Assembly: GCA_963824385.1 (NCBI GenBank)
Contig: CAWGPD010000001.1
Coordinates: 128,001 to 192,000 of the forward strand
DNA length: 64,000 bases
DNA from: an uncultured Nitrososphaerota archaeon
GTDB lineage: Archaea; Thermoproteota; Nitrososphaeria; Nitrososphaerales; Nitrosopumilaceae
Direction: 5' to 3'
The notes beneath the pieces were generated by a model. It did no database searches and was not told the origin of the DNA. It saw nothing but the letters and a program-made list of their open reading frames with translations. The position numbers and the translations under genes are program-made. This document shows, one piece after another, positions 10,582-19,867 of the stretch; within the stretch, counting starts at the first letter, position 1, and every line of letters begins with the position of its first letter.

Positions 10582-11738
10582 GGTATGATTCCAAGTATTT
10601 TGCATATACGATCAAAATCATTTTGGTTTATTCCCTTTCCATTTTTCACTTCGATGCAGATTTTTTCTAGTGTGTCAAGAGCCTTTGGAGAATCAAGATC
10701 ATCATATAGCGATTGTATGAAATCGCCAATTAGTTTACTTATATCGTTATGAGTTTTATCAGAGACTCTAGATTTTGCCAACTGGATTAAATCCAGTAAT
10801 GGTTTTTTTATCAATAGTTCTTTTTCAGAAAAATCCATGTCATCACGATAATGTTTAGAAAAAATATACAGTCGTATTATATTCTGGTCGTACTTTTTAA
10901 TCAAATCTTTTACCCATACAACATTTCCAAGAGATTTTGACATCTTTTCTCCTCCAGATAAAACAAGACCCACATGTACCCATGCTTTAACAGGAATATC
11001 GGTATCCGATAGGAGTTGATACTGTGCAAGATGCGCCTCATGATGAGGATACAAGAGTTCTCTTGCACCACCATGAATATCATAATTCTTGCCAAAATTC
11101 TCAAATGCGACAGCTGTATCTTGCATGTGCCACCATGGAATTCCCTCTCCAAGTTCACTCTTCCATGAGAAATCAAAATCATCAGTGCAGTTCCACAACA
11201 TGATATCTTCTGGATTTTTCTTTCCGGGACCAATGTCTAGTCGGTGTAGGCTCAATTGTTGCTTTGTTTGATGCGAAATCTTGCCATAGTTTTTCACTTT
11301 GGAGATATCAAGATAGACATTTCCATGAGCCATGTAAGCAACTTGTTTTTGAATCAATGTACCAACTTGATTTTCTATATGGGATACATAGTCTGAAACA
11401 AATGCAAGTCTAGTAATACTTTGTATATTTAGTGATTGAATGTCAGTTAGAAATGCGGACGCATAAAATTTAGCGACGTCTTTGTAGGTGGTAGAATTTT
11501 CTTTAGCTTTGTTAAAGACATTTTGATTGATATCTGTAATATTTACAAGAATGTCAGTTCCAAGACCTTGATCATTTAAGCATCTAGCTAGAAGGTCATA
11601 TGTTAAAAATATCCTAGCATGACCTAAATGAGTATAGTCGTATACAGTGGGACCACAGATGAATACTTTGACAAGATTTTTGTCAAATGGAACAAAGTCT
11701 TCTTTAGATGATGAAAAAGAATTAAAAAGTTTGAGCAT
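10578..11738 (-). CDS. cysteinyl-tRNA synthetase paralog (truncated, MshC-like architecture)
   Basis: CGPTVYDYTHLGHAR, DIHGG..PHHE, KMSKSLGN, DALR-like helix; only 386 aa and several CysRS signature residues are changed. Confidence 0.85.
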   Translation of the reverse strand: MLKLFNSFSSSKEDFVPFDKNLVKVFICGPTVYDYTHLGHARIFLTYDLLARCLNDQGLGTDILVNITDINQNVFNKAKENSTTYKDVAKFYASAFLTDIQSLNIQSITRLAFVSDYVSHIENQVGTLIQKQVAYMAHGNVYLDISKVKNYGKISHQTKQQLSLHRLDIGPGKKNPEDIMLWNCTDDFDFSWKSELGEGIPWWHMQDTAVAFENFGKNYDIHGGARELLYPHHEAHLAQYQLLSDTDIPVKAWVHVGLVLSGGEKMSKSLGNVVWVKDLIKKYDQNIIRLYIFSKHYRDDMDFSEKELLIKKPLLDLIQLAKSRVSDKTHNDISKLIGDFIQSLYDDLDSPKALDTLEKICIEVKNGKGINQNDFDRICKILGIIP

Positions 11739-11746
11739 TTTTTGAC

Positions 11747-11992
11747 TTAACGTCCACCCTGAGACAGGATTGGAGTTAATGTCACAGTAGATCGAACCTT
11801 TGCAAGTCGTCTAATTTTGTGAGTTATGATTGACTCTAGTGAAGATTGGGAATCAGCTTGCAATTTTACAAATATATCATATATCCCATATGTTCCTCGT
11901 ACCTCTTTTACTTCGGGAATTTTTGCAAGCTCTGATATAATATCAACTTCAGAGCCCAGATCACAGTTAATCAGTATGTAAAGTGATTCCAT
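11747..11992 (-). CDS. Lrp/AsnC ligand-binding (RAM) domain protein
   Basis: YILINCDLG.E, GTYGIYDIFVKL, IRRL..VRSTVTL; no HTH domain. Confidence 0.88.
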   Translation of the reverse strand: MESLYILINCDLGSEVDIISELAKIPEVKEVRGTYGIYDIFVKLQADSQSSLESIITHKIRRLAKVRSTVTLTPILSQGGR

Positions 11993-12060
11993 GACTAAAG
12001 TCTATTTTTGCCACATAAAATGATATCCATATTTAAAAAGGCGTATTCGATAACTCGTAT

Positions 12061-12780
12061 ATGGCAAATGAGACTGTATTTGTAAGAGAGATAATTCCAA
12101 TCGATGTAAAAGACGGCTATCTCATTGATGGTTTTCCATATACAGGATTGGCAAATGCCATAGCAACAGAATCACTTGTCAATAACACCGCTCAGTTTGA
12201 ACTAGCAGGTGTTCTTGATTCAGAATTATTTCCTCCAATTAGCATAGTAAGAGATGAAGTGCCAAACTTTCCAGCAAGAATTCTGGTTAATAAAAATCTA
12301 AGACTAGCAGTATTTTCATCATATCTTACTCCTCATGAATCAATTCATCGTGAAGTGGCAAAGACCATGTTAAAGTGGGCTAGTGACCACAAATGCTCAC
12401 TTATCATCAGCAGCTCTGCAATCAAAAGTGATGAGGATGCACCTTTTGTAATAGGAGTTGGAAGTACTGATGCGGCCAAGAAGAAACTGCGTGATGCATC
12501 TATTCCAGTATTAAAAAATGGTACAATACCCGGCATTCCAGGAATTTTACTAAATGAGGGATTGATATCAAACATCAATGTCATTGTACTCTTGTGCAAA
12601 GCCAGAGAATCAGGTCCTGACTTTAGAGCAGGTGCAGAGATTTGTATGGCAATGTCAAAACTAGTTCCAGGTGCCTCATGTGATCTTAAATCATTACTAC
12701 GTGAAGCTGAAGGCATAGAAGAAAACCTCAAACAGACAGAGCAAGATGCAGGTCCACTCCGAGATGCAATTTACGGATGA
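12061..12780 (+). CDS. PAC2 family proteasome assembly chaperone
   Basis: DGFPYTGLAN.IA, FPPISIV, GTIPGIPGILL, PDFRAGA. Confidence 0.85.
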   Translation: MANETVFVREIIPIDVKDGYLIDGFPYTGLANAIATESLVNNTAQFELAGVLDSELFPPISIVRDEVPNFPARILVNKNLRLAVFSSYLTPHESIHREVAKTMLKWASDHKCSLIISSSAIKSDEDAPFVIGVGSTDAAKKKLRDASIPVLKNGTIPGIPGILLNEGLISNINVIVLLCKARESGPDFRAGAEICMAMSKLVPGASCDLKSLLREAEGIEENLKQTEQDAGPLRDAIYG

Positions 12781-13025
12781 CATACCAAGAACGTTCCATT
12801 ACAAAAGACAACTTGGAGAAATTTTTAAGATTATTAGATTCTGATGAAGGCATAAGAATCGATAATGAATCAGGTCACATATTTATCAACAAGACTTTGA
12901 AAAGATACTGCATAAATATTTCAAATAATGACAAAGACGAGTTTATCTACAAAAATACAGTAAAAGATACAATTGAATTTTTACAAGATCATATTACTGA
13001 AACATCAAAGATTGTCGCATACTAG
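12777..13025 (+). CDS. hypothetical protein
   Basis: 82-aa ORF with ATGA overlap to the PAC2 gene. Confidence 0.75.
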   Translation: MTYQERSITKDNLEKFLRLLDSDEGIRIDNESGHIFINKTLKRYCINISNNDKDEFIYKNTVKDTIEFLQDHITETSKIVAY

Positions 13026-13100
13026 ATATTCATCCACAGTCTAATCCTTTGACATCGGATTTACATTCAGAGATATTAAGAAATTTTTGTATTTAGAATT

Positions 13101-13379
13101 CTAGCCTTTTGAGACGTCTATCTCTATAGTTGAGACATTTCTTTCTTTTCCATCTTTTGATTGCAATCTCTCAGAGAAGATCCTCACACTGCTTACTTTG
13201 TATCCCATTGCATTCATTCGTTTAACTATCATTTGGGAAACATCTACGGCAGTGATTATGCTCCTGCCTCTTGCCTTTATAGTAACAGTGGGCTCGTTTG
13301 CTAAAAGTGTCAGAGTAGCATTAAGATATGTCAAAATGGGTTTTTTACCAATAAATATGATATTAGGCGGTCTTGACAT
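13101..13379 (-). CDS. alba: DNA/RNA-binding protein Alba
   Basis: IFIGKKP, IKARGRSI..AVDVS, RNVSTIEI. Confidence 0.93.
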   Translation of the reverse strand: MSRPPNIIFIGKKPILTYLNATLTLLANEPTVTIKARGRSIITAVDVSQMIVKRMNAMGYKVSSVRIFSERLQSKDGKERNVSTIEIDVSKG

Positions 13380-13596
13380 ACGACAACTTTTGTTGTGTTT
13401 TATTTAATGGTTAGTCTAGCAAAACTGGGCTTGACTAATTAACAGGCTCATTTGAACACATCTAAAAGATCTTGTTACAATATAGTAAATCAATTTCTAG
13501 TCAGACACAAAATAATTTTAAAAAAACTAGACTAGTCATGATATAATTGATAATCTATTTGAATTTTAAATATTAGTTGAGGCATTTACAATACCC

Positions 13597-13914
13597 GTGA
13601 CAAAAAATACAAAGAAAAAACCGTTTGACCCAGACAGATTATCACTTCAAAAAAAGGACATTTTAGAATTCTGTGAAAGAGTATTGGCAAACTGGCAAAA
13701 AGAGCCGCTAACTACTGAAATGACTCGAAATATTTCAGCAATGGTTGCAGTAAGAACTGCGATTTATTTTACAGATGAGGAATCACTAAAGGCCATTTGG
13801 TCAGAGATTGTAAAATGGATTTATCAGTTATTATATGAAAATGCAATGGCGCAAGGAAAAGAAGAAAAATCAGAATGGGCAGAAACCATGGAAAAAATAA
13901 AAAAAGAAAAATAA
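13597..13914 (+). CDS. hypothetical protein
   Basis: 105-aa ORF with plausible composition. Confidence 0.65.
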   Translation: MTKNTKKKPFDPDRLSLQKKDILEFCERVLANWQKEPLTTEMTRNISAMVAVRTAIYFTDEESLKAIWSEIVKWIYQLLYENAMAQGKEEKSEWAETMEKIKKEK

Positions 13915-13944
13915 ATCATAAATCCGGTTAGTTTGCACCTTTCC

Positions 13945-14190
13945 TTAATGGTTAAGGTTTTTTTTCTCGATATATCGTTGAAGGATATTTTCAATATCTT
14001 CAGATTGAGATTGTTTTACCTCTTCGATTACATCTTTTTCTGCTATTTCATAGCAATTTAGCATATCATTTTTTTCTTTGTAAAATAACAGGATTTTTTC
14101 TTGATATATACAATAATACAGCTTGTCAACTTCCATCTTCTCTGATCTTATTTTGACACCTTCAGGTTCTACTGCAATGGGATAATCCAT
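13945..14190 (-). CDS. hypothetical protein
   Basis: 81-aa ORF with ATG start. Confidence 0.75.
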   Translation of the reverse strand: MDYPIAVEPEGVKIRSEKMEVDKLYYCIYQEKILLFYKEKNDMLNCYEIAEKDVIEEVKQSQSEDIENILQRYIEKKNLNH

Positions 14191-14288
14191 ATGTGATCCA
14201 TGATGAGAGTATATTTAGATTATATCAATAGACAAAACTTCAAAAACATAACAATAACGTAATAAGGATTTCAAATCATAAATTCATT

Positions 14289-15383
14289 GTGTCAGGCAGA
14301 GTCGTACTCCATATTGATTTTGATTACTTTTATGCCCAGTGCGAAGAGATCCGCAAACCAGATTTGAAAACAAAACCTATTGTCGTATGTGTTTATTCAG
14401 ATAGAGGTGGAGACAGTGGAGCAATTGCTACTGCAAATTACTTGGCAAGAAAATACGGGGTAAAGTCTGGAATGCCAATAAAATTTGCAAAAAAGAAACT
14501 AGAAGAGATTCCAGAGGCAGTATTTCTACCAACAGATTTTGATTATTACACCGAAGTTTCAGATAGTGCAATGGGAATAATCAGAACATATGCCGATGTT
14601 TTTGAGTATGTTGGAAGAGATGAGGCATATCTTGATGTTACAAAGCGAGTGGAATCTGATTTTAAAAGAGCAGCACATCTTGCTCAACAGCTAAAGAACG
14701 CATTACGCAGTACTGTAAAACTATCAAGTACAATAGGAATATCTGCAAACAAGCTTGTCTCCAAGATTGCCTCTGATTATAAAAAACCAGATGGTCTAAC
14801 TGTAGTCGAACCAGAAAAGGTCGAGTCATTTTTAGACCCATTACCAATAAGATCAATTCCAGGAATTGGAAAAAAATCGGAAGACCGGCTTGCAGAAATT
14901 GGTTTAGAAACAATATTACAACTTCGTAGTGCAGATGTCTTCACATTAAACGGACTATTTGGAAGAAAAGTCGGGACATACATCTACAATGCAGCACGTG
15001 GCATAGATGAAGAACCAGTCTCTCCAAGACACGACCCAGTCCAGTATAGTAGAATTATAACACTAAAGCAAGATTCCAAAGAGTTTAATTTTTTGGTAAA
15101 CAATTTAGAAAAATTATGTGGCGATCTACATGAAGCAATTGTTAAAGATGGAATATTGTTCAAGTCAGTTGGCATCCAGTTTGTAAATTCTGATCTTTCA
15201 AGCAGAACAAAATCAAGGGCTCTAAAAAATCCAACATCTGGTCTTGACGAATTAAAAAAAGCATCAAGCCAATTACTAAAAGAATCACTAGAAGACCAAA
15301 AGCTTCCAATCAGACGACTAGGAGTTAGAGTTTCAGATTTTTCACAAATTCATGGACAAGTAGACATTACACGATTTTTTTAA
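14289..15383 (+). CDS. dinB: Y-family DNA polymerase IV (DinB/Dbh/Dpo4)
   Basis: HIDFDYFYAQ, ATANY.AR..GV.SGMP, DEAYLD, KIASDYKKPDG, IPGIGKK, RRLGVR. Confidence 0.95.
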   Translation: MSGRVVLHIDFDYFYAQCEEIRKPDLKTKPIVVCVYSDRGGDSGAIATANYLARKYGVKSGMPIKFAKKKLEEIPEAVFLPTDFDYYTEVSDSAMGIIRTYADVFEYVGRDEAYLDVTKRVESDFKRAAHLAQQLKNALRSTVKLSSTIGISANKLVSKIASDYKKPDGLTVVEPEKVESFLDPLPIRSIPGIGKKSEDRLAEIGLETILQLRSADVFTLNGLFGRKVGTYIYNAARGIDEEPVSPRHDPVQYSRIITLKQDSKEFNFLVNNLEKLCGDLHEAIVKDGILFKSVGIQFVNSDLSSRTKSRALKNPTSGLDELKKASSQLLKESLEDQKLPIRRLGVRVSDFSQIHGQVDITRFF

Positions 15384-15874
15384 ATTTGTACCCCTACTCG
15401 GGATGCCAGCCTCTTGTGTTCGTCATGAGATATCCATTCCACATGTAGATACTCAAATATCTCGGCATCTTTCATGCCTAGTCTTCTTGCCTCCTCAACT
15501 GCAATCTCATATGCTTCAATCTCAGTAGGTCTATCAACATAAGAGTAGGAACTATCATAGAGATCAAGTCCTGCCCTTTGCTGTTTCACATGGACTAGTT
15601 CATGAATTATATCTAGATAGAGAATTTTTTTCTCTGAATTTTTAAGATGGTCTCGTCCCACTACAATTGAGGCGTCTTCATTTTTAACATGCATATAATG
15701 GCTGCTCCCGTCTACTATTACAGGAGTTTTTTCAAATACATCTTCTAGAACTTCATAAGATTTGAAGACCTTGAAGAGAATTTCAACTGTTTTTAGATTT
15801 ACAAATATGTCTTCTAGATTATAGATTCCATCTTGTAGATCTCTATTTACTTGGATCCTGTTCATGTTTTGCAA
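15380..15874 (-). CDS. zincin-like (HExxH) protein
   Basis: IIHELVHVKQ followed by RPTEIEAY. Confidence 0.75.
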   Translation of the reverse strand: MQNMNRIQVNRDLQDGIYNLEDIFVNLKTVEILFKVFKSYEVLEDVFEKTPVIVDGSSHYMHVKNEDASIVVGRDHLKNSEKKILYLDIIHELVHVKQQRAGLDLYDSSYSYVDRPTEIEAYEIAVEEARRLGMKDAEIFEYLHVEWISHDEHKRLASRVGVQI

Positions 15875-16787
15875 TCTCTAGTTTTTTGATACGTTTTGTT
15901 TCAACATACGTAACTATAAGCAAGAAGATAAAGAGCCACGGCAGAAACATAATCTCTCCTGCAATTCCATGAAATGACTCAAACTCGTTTACATTTGTTG
16001 ATACCTTGAGTACAAAGATGGATAATGAAAATATCCTAATTACGTTTACAGTAATTGTTCCTATCACACCCATGATAAAGTAGCCAATTTTCCTATTCCT
16101 TGGAATATTCATCTTTAACAAGAATGCCATCATCACAAGAGAATAGATGATCATACTATGGACACCAGCAGAGGGCCAAAACACCTGCAACGCAAATGGA
16201 CCGTGATCTCCATTTAGAAACATGACATTGCCTTGTGAAGTGGCATGACCCACGTGGAATAAACCAATTAGAAGAACATCAAGTTTTACAAGATATGGTA
16301 CAACATATTGCAACGGACCTAGAGAATCATATGGAAAAAATGCATCAAGTGAAAGTATGATTGCAGTTCCTGCTGTATATATCGGTCCTGCAGGAGATAT
16401 TCTAATCCATCTCTTGCCAAATAATATGGTCATACTTACCATAAAAAATGCCCCAAGTACAATAAAGTCCCACATCCAGGTCCAAGAATATATCACCTGT
16501 ATGTGGAACTGAGGAGCAACAGAAACGAGGTAATCCTTCAATCCTACCTGTAAAGCTATAAGGTAAGCAATCACAGCCCCTGCAAGAGGTATCAATGTGA
16601 GCAATTTTTTCTTTGGAATATCTAATTTTAGACCGATCAATTCTGCTGCAATAAAGGCCATTGCAAAGAGAAATCCGCCCCTGCCCTGATTCCAGCCAAG
16701 ACTAAACGTATCTGGAAATGCGGCTAGTGCAAATAATATCGGAGATGCAAGTATTGCCAGTGCAAAAATGACGCTTTTGTTTTGCAA
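15843..16787 (-). CDS. artG: thaumarchaeosortase (archaeosortase/exosortase family, Ser in place of catalytic Cys)
   Basis: Multi-pass membrane protein; LQVFWPSAGVHS, NVIRI, FH..AGE exosortase-like motifs. Confidence 0.85.
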   Translation of the reverse strand: MQNKSVIFALAILASPILFALAAFPDTFSLGWNQGRGGFLFAMAFIAAELIGLKLDIPKKKLLTLIPLAGAVIAYLIALQVGLKDYLVSVAPQFHIQVIYSWTWMWDFIVLGAFFMVSMTILFGKRWIRISPAGPIYTAGTAIILSLDAFFPYDSLGPLQYVVPYLVKLDVLLIGLFHVGHATSQGNVMFLNGDHGPFALQVFWPSAGVHSMIIYSLVMMAFLLKMNIPRNRKIGYFIMGVIGTITVNVIRIFSLSIFVLKVSTNVNEFESFHGIAGEIMFLPWLFIFLLIVTYVETKRIKKLEIAKHEQDPSK

Positions 16788-16827
16788 TATATCAAGTCCA
16801 AATTGTGTTAAATAAAAACTCTAGCAA

Positions 16828-17988
16828 CTAGAAAAAGTCTGAAATGGATTTCTGTTTTTTTGCCCGATACAACCTGCTGTGGGAGAGCCACTCATTTTTT
16901 CCTACGCTTAATCCTTTGCAAGCAGTGTCAAGTCCCTCTAGAAAATTTGGAACTAGAATAGGTTTTTGTTTTAATGCCATGCGTACTCCTTCTCTGACTT
17001 GCCAGACACCTACAGGTACTGCATATTCCGGCCTTATTTCACGCAATACCATCACACCTGCTTGCAATTTATGTTCATCAAGATATTCAGATACTGCAAG
17101 CCTTGATGCAAAGTGACCACCCGCAGTTTCAGGATAGTGTTTTAGCCCTGTGATATCTTCAAAATCACTGCCAAATCCTATATTTCCATGTTCGTCATAC
17201 CATGCTTCTTGTCACTCAAACATCCACCTGCTTGGAAACATTATGACATAAAAATAGTTACCAAGGTGATTATATGAAAATACTAGAGTTGTATCAAGGA
17301 TATCATATTCAATTATTTTTTCTACAAGTGCTTTTGATATAGTATCATCTGTTGCAGTAATGCTCCAGCGAGTTGGGACAAGTTTGCGGTTTTTTCCAAA
17401 CATTCCAATGCTAAAGCACTTTTGAATTCTTGAGATCTCTATACCCTTGTTGAAAAGATCAACTATGGCATCAGTAGCCAAGAGATCCTTGTCATAATAT
17501 GACTTTTGGATTTGTTTATCAGAAGACGAGTTTGAAAAAGTGGCAGATTTTATTTCTCCGATCGGTCCAAAGATAGGACTGTCACCATCAACAGATACGA
17601 TAGGTGAGGCATTTTTTACAAGTTCCATCTGTGCGTCAGTTGATCTTTCTGACATGGACATTTCTTGCAGACTTTCAATGTATCTTTGCCCAACATCCCA
17701 TACCTTTACTGGTTTTATTCCACGAACTAGACTTAACCTGTAATTTACTATATCTTCAAGACTTTTTCCAACCCATTTTTCTGGAGAATCAAGTATTGCA
17801 GTATCTCCATGAATTGGGGGCAACATAGGACCCACCAAAACTTTGGGATACCCATATGCTCCTACAAATACAGATGGAGGAGTAGAACCGTCAACATGAT
17901 TAGATGAGAAAAGATTTCCGTAACGTGAAAGATATTCCTTCCAGTTTGATTCTATCGCCTTTCTAATATCTGCACCAGTGCGCTTCAT
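16828..17988 (-). CDS. nreA: Nre family DNA repair protein; one in-frame TGA at 17212-17214
   Basis: GSTPPSVFVG.YGYPKV, LVPTRWSITATDD, PVGVWQVRE, C-terminal PIP box QKSISDFF; the frame continues through FE*QEAWY. Confidence 0.9.
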
Positions 17989-18071
17989 GGAATTTCTAGT
18001 ATGATCATGCCAATAATATTATTCAAGTAATCTGTTTTGAGTTATATTCAGCTTGGTTCCAATTTTATAAC

Positions 18072-18455
18072 ATGGACTCGGAAACTTTTGGTGTAGAAAA
18101 AGGATACGGAGTGTTAGCTGTAGAATGGATGAATGAAGAGGCAAAAAAAGCAGGTCTAAAGTTTGAGGCAAGATTGTACAATCAAGAAATCACAACAAAG
18201 AATTTTGGCACATTTGAGATGTATTCGTTAATTGCAGATCCTAAAGCTGCAAGAGAATTAACAATGAAAGCAAGTAAACGATTTAAGATCAAGGTCATAG
18301 AAGGAGGATACAAGACAAGAAAACTTTTGGTCAAAGTTGCCAAAAATGAATATGGATTAATAAAAAAAGTGGACAGGATAATAGGCCAAATAGAATTTGA
18401 GTCATCTAGGTTTTCACGTGGCGACTGGAAAGTAACAAAAGAAGAGAGAAGGTAA
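18072..18455 (+). CDS. conserved hypothetical protein
   Basis: 127-aa ORF with ATG start. Confidence 0.75.
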   Translation: MDSETFGVEKGYGVLAVEWMNEEAKKAGLKFEARLYNQEITTKNFGTFEMYSLIADPKAARELTMKASKRFKIKVIEGGYKTRKLLVKVAKNEYGLIKKVDRIIGQIEFESSRFSRGDWKVTKEERR

Positions 18456-18500
18456 CACAATAGTTTTGTGACCAATATCACATATTATAACAAAAAGTCC

Positions 18501-19073
18501 TCAGGCATTTACAGTAAGATTACTTTTTCCATTTTCATAAATCAGATATGCATGATGACTTTCTTGCAATTCCTCGAGCCATTTCATCCATTGATTAGTT
18601 GCTTTTATTTCAGATAGTTGATAGGTACACAATATAGAACCATTTAGTTTGTCAAACATACTATTATGGAATATTTTTTCGAATTTGACTTGAATAGCCA
18701 TTGCAGTCTCTGTTTCCACATAAGGAAGTAGCCTTCCCACAATTCTGAAAGGAGTTTCGGGATTTGGAAGTATCCTTTGCATTAATGCTTGAACTGAATC
18801 TAAAAAATCTGCAGAGTCTTCCATAGGATTTCCAATACTGAGAATTTTTAGCAATCCTTTCTTTTTATAATGACTAAGATCAATGCCAAAAGACAGCATT
18901 TCTTTTTCAACTGGCTTTACGTCACCATGAACAAGATAAATCGATAATTCATTTCTATCAAGTCCCTCTTTTATGAATTCAAATTCTATTTTACGACCCA
19001 TTGCTACATCATCATATGCAACCATAAAGTGTTTTTTAGAATCAAACTTTCCAAAAGATAGAGGTGGATTCAC
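18501..19073 (-). CDS. MEDS/DcmR-like sensory domain protein
   Basis: HFMVAYDD, FIKEGLDRNELSIY, FRIVG, ILCTY; GTG start at 19073 is inferred. Confidence 0.7.
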   Translation of the reverse strand: MNPPLSFGKFDSKKHFMVAYDDVAMGRKIEFEFIKEGLDRNELSIYLVHGDVKPVEKEMLSFGIDLSHYKKKGLLKILSIGNPMEDSADFLDSVQALMQRILPNPETPFRIVGRLLPYVETETAMAIQVKFEKIFHNSMFDKLNGSILCTYQLSEIKATNQWMKWLEELQESHHAYLIYENGKSNLTVNA

Positions 19074-19104
19074 ATATGATGATAAGTGCTTTAATCTATA
19101 TGCA

Positions 19105-19672
19105 TTATGGACCAAATCCCAAGGATGCTTTTGCAAGCAATTGTGCAACTTTTATTGGTTCTGGCACAGAGCCCCGCAGAGTAACCAAGTCTAGAAATTT
19201 TTTTGCCTCTTCCAATGGACAACCTTCGTGTCTCAAGTATAGTTTGTAACCAGTATGTAAAGTAATTTCTGTTCTCTTTCCAAGTTTATTATATTGTTCA
19301 AGTTTAGATTCATAAGAATTTGGAAAATGACGTCGTATTGCATCCTTCAATTCCCCCCGAATCTTCAAAAGTAACACCGATGACTGGAATTTTTGTTCTC
19401 TCCCAGATTTTTTTTATGTCTATAATATTATACATGGAAATTACAAGCCCTGAAATTATGATATAACTAATGTCGTCTCGATTTAATCTAGAATACATGC
19501 CAAGAATTGCATCAGTTGCATCATCTCCTTCTACAGTACATCTTCCAAACACAAATCCATCAATGATAAAATCTCTTCTAATAACTACGCCTGCAAGCCT
19601 TGAGAAATTATCCCCCTGCTTGAAACTCTCGGCAATTGCAAGCCCTCGTAGGCCTTTCTTTTCAAGATGCAT
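19105..19672 (-). CDS. DUF99 family (endonuclease V-like) protein; one extra base at ~19345-19358
   Basis: AIAESF, VEGDDATD, SMYNIID then GSVPEPIKVAQLLA in the next frame. Confidence 0.85.
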
Positions 19673-19787
19673 GTGATTCATTATTTTTTAATCTTGAGAA
19701 TCTCTTGTAAACAAGACCTATGACAACCATGCAAATTGCTGTTATAGCAGACCATGAAGCCAAGGCAGTAGTATCAAGTAGAGTCAA
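19662..19787 (-). CDS. putative 41-aa single-pass membrane microprotein, not in ORF track
   Basis: TTG start; MTLLDTTALASWSAITAICMVVIGLVYKRFSRLKNNESHAS, a hydrophobic helix followed by basic residues. Confidence 0.45.
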   Translation of the reverse strand: MTLLDTTALASWSAITAICMVVIGLVYKRFSRLKNNESHAS

Positions 19788-19867
19788 CTTATGAGTCAGT
19801 ATGATATAGATCTATTTTAGTGAATTTAGAAGACAATGTACGTCAGGCATATTCAGAAAAGTTGAAT

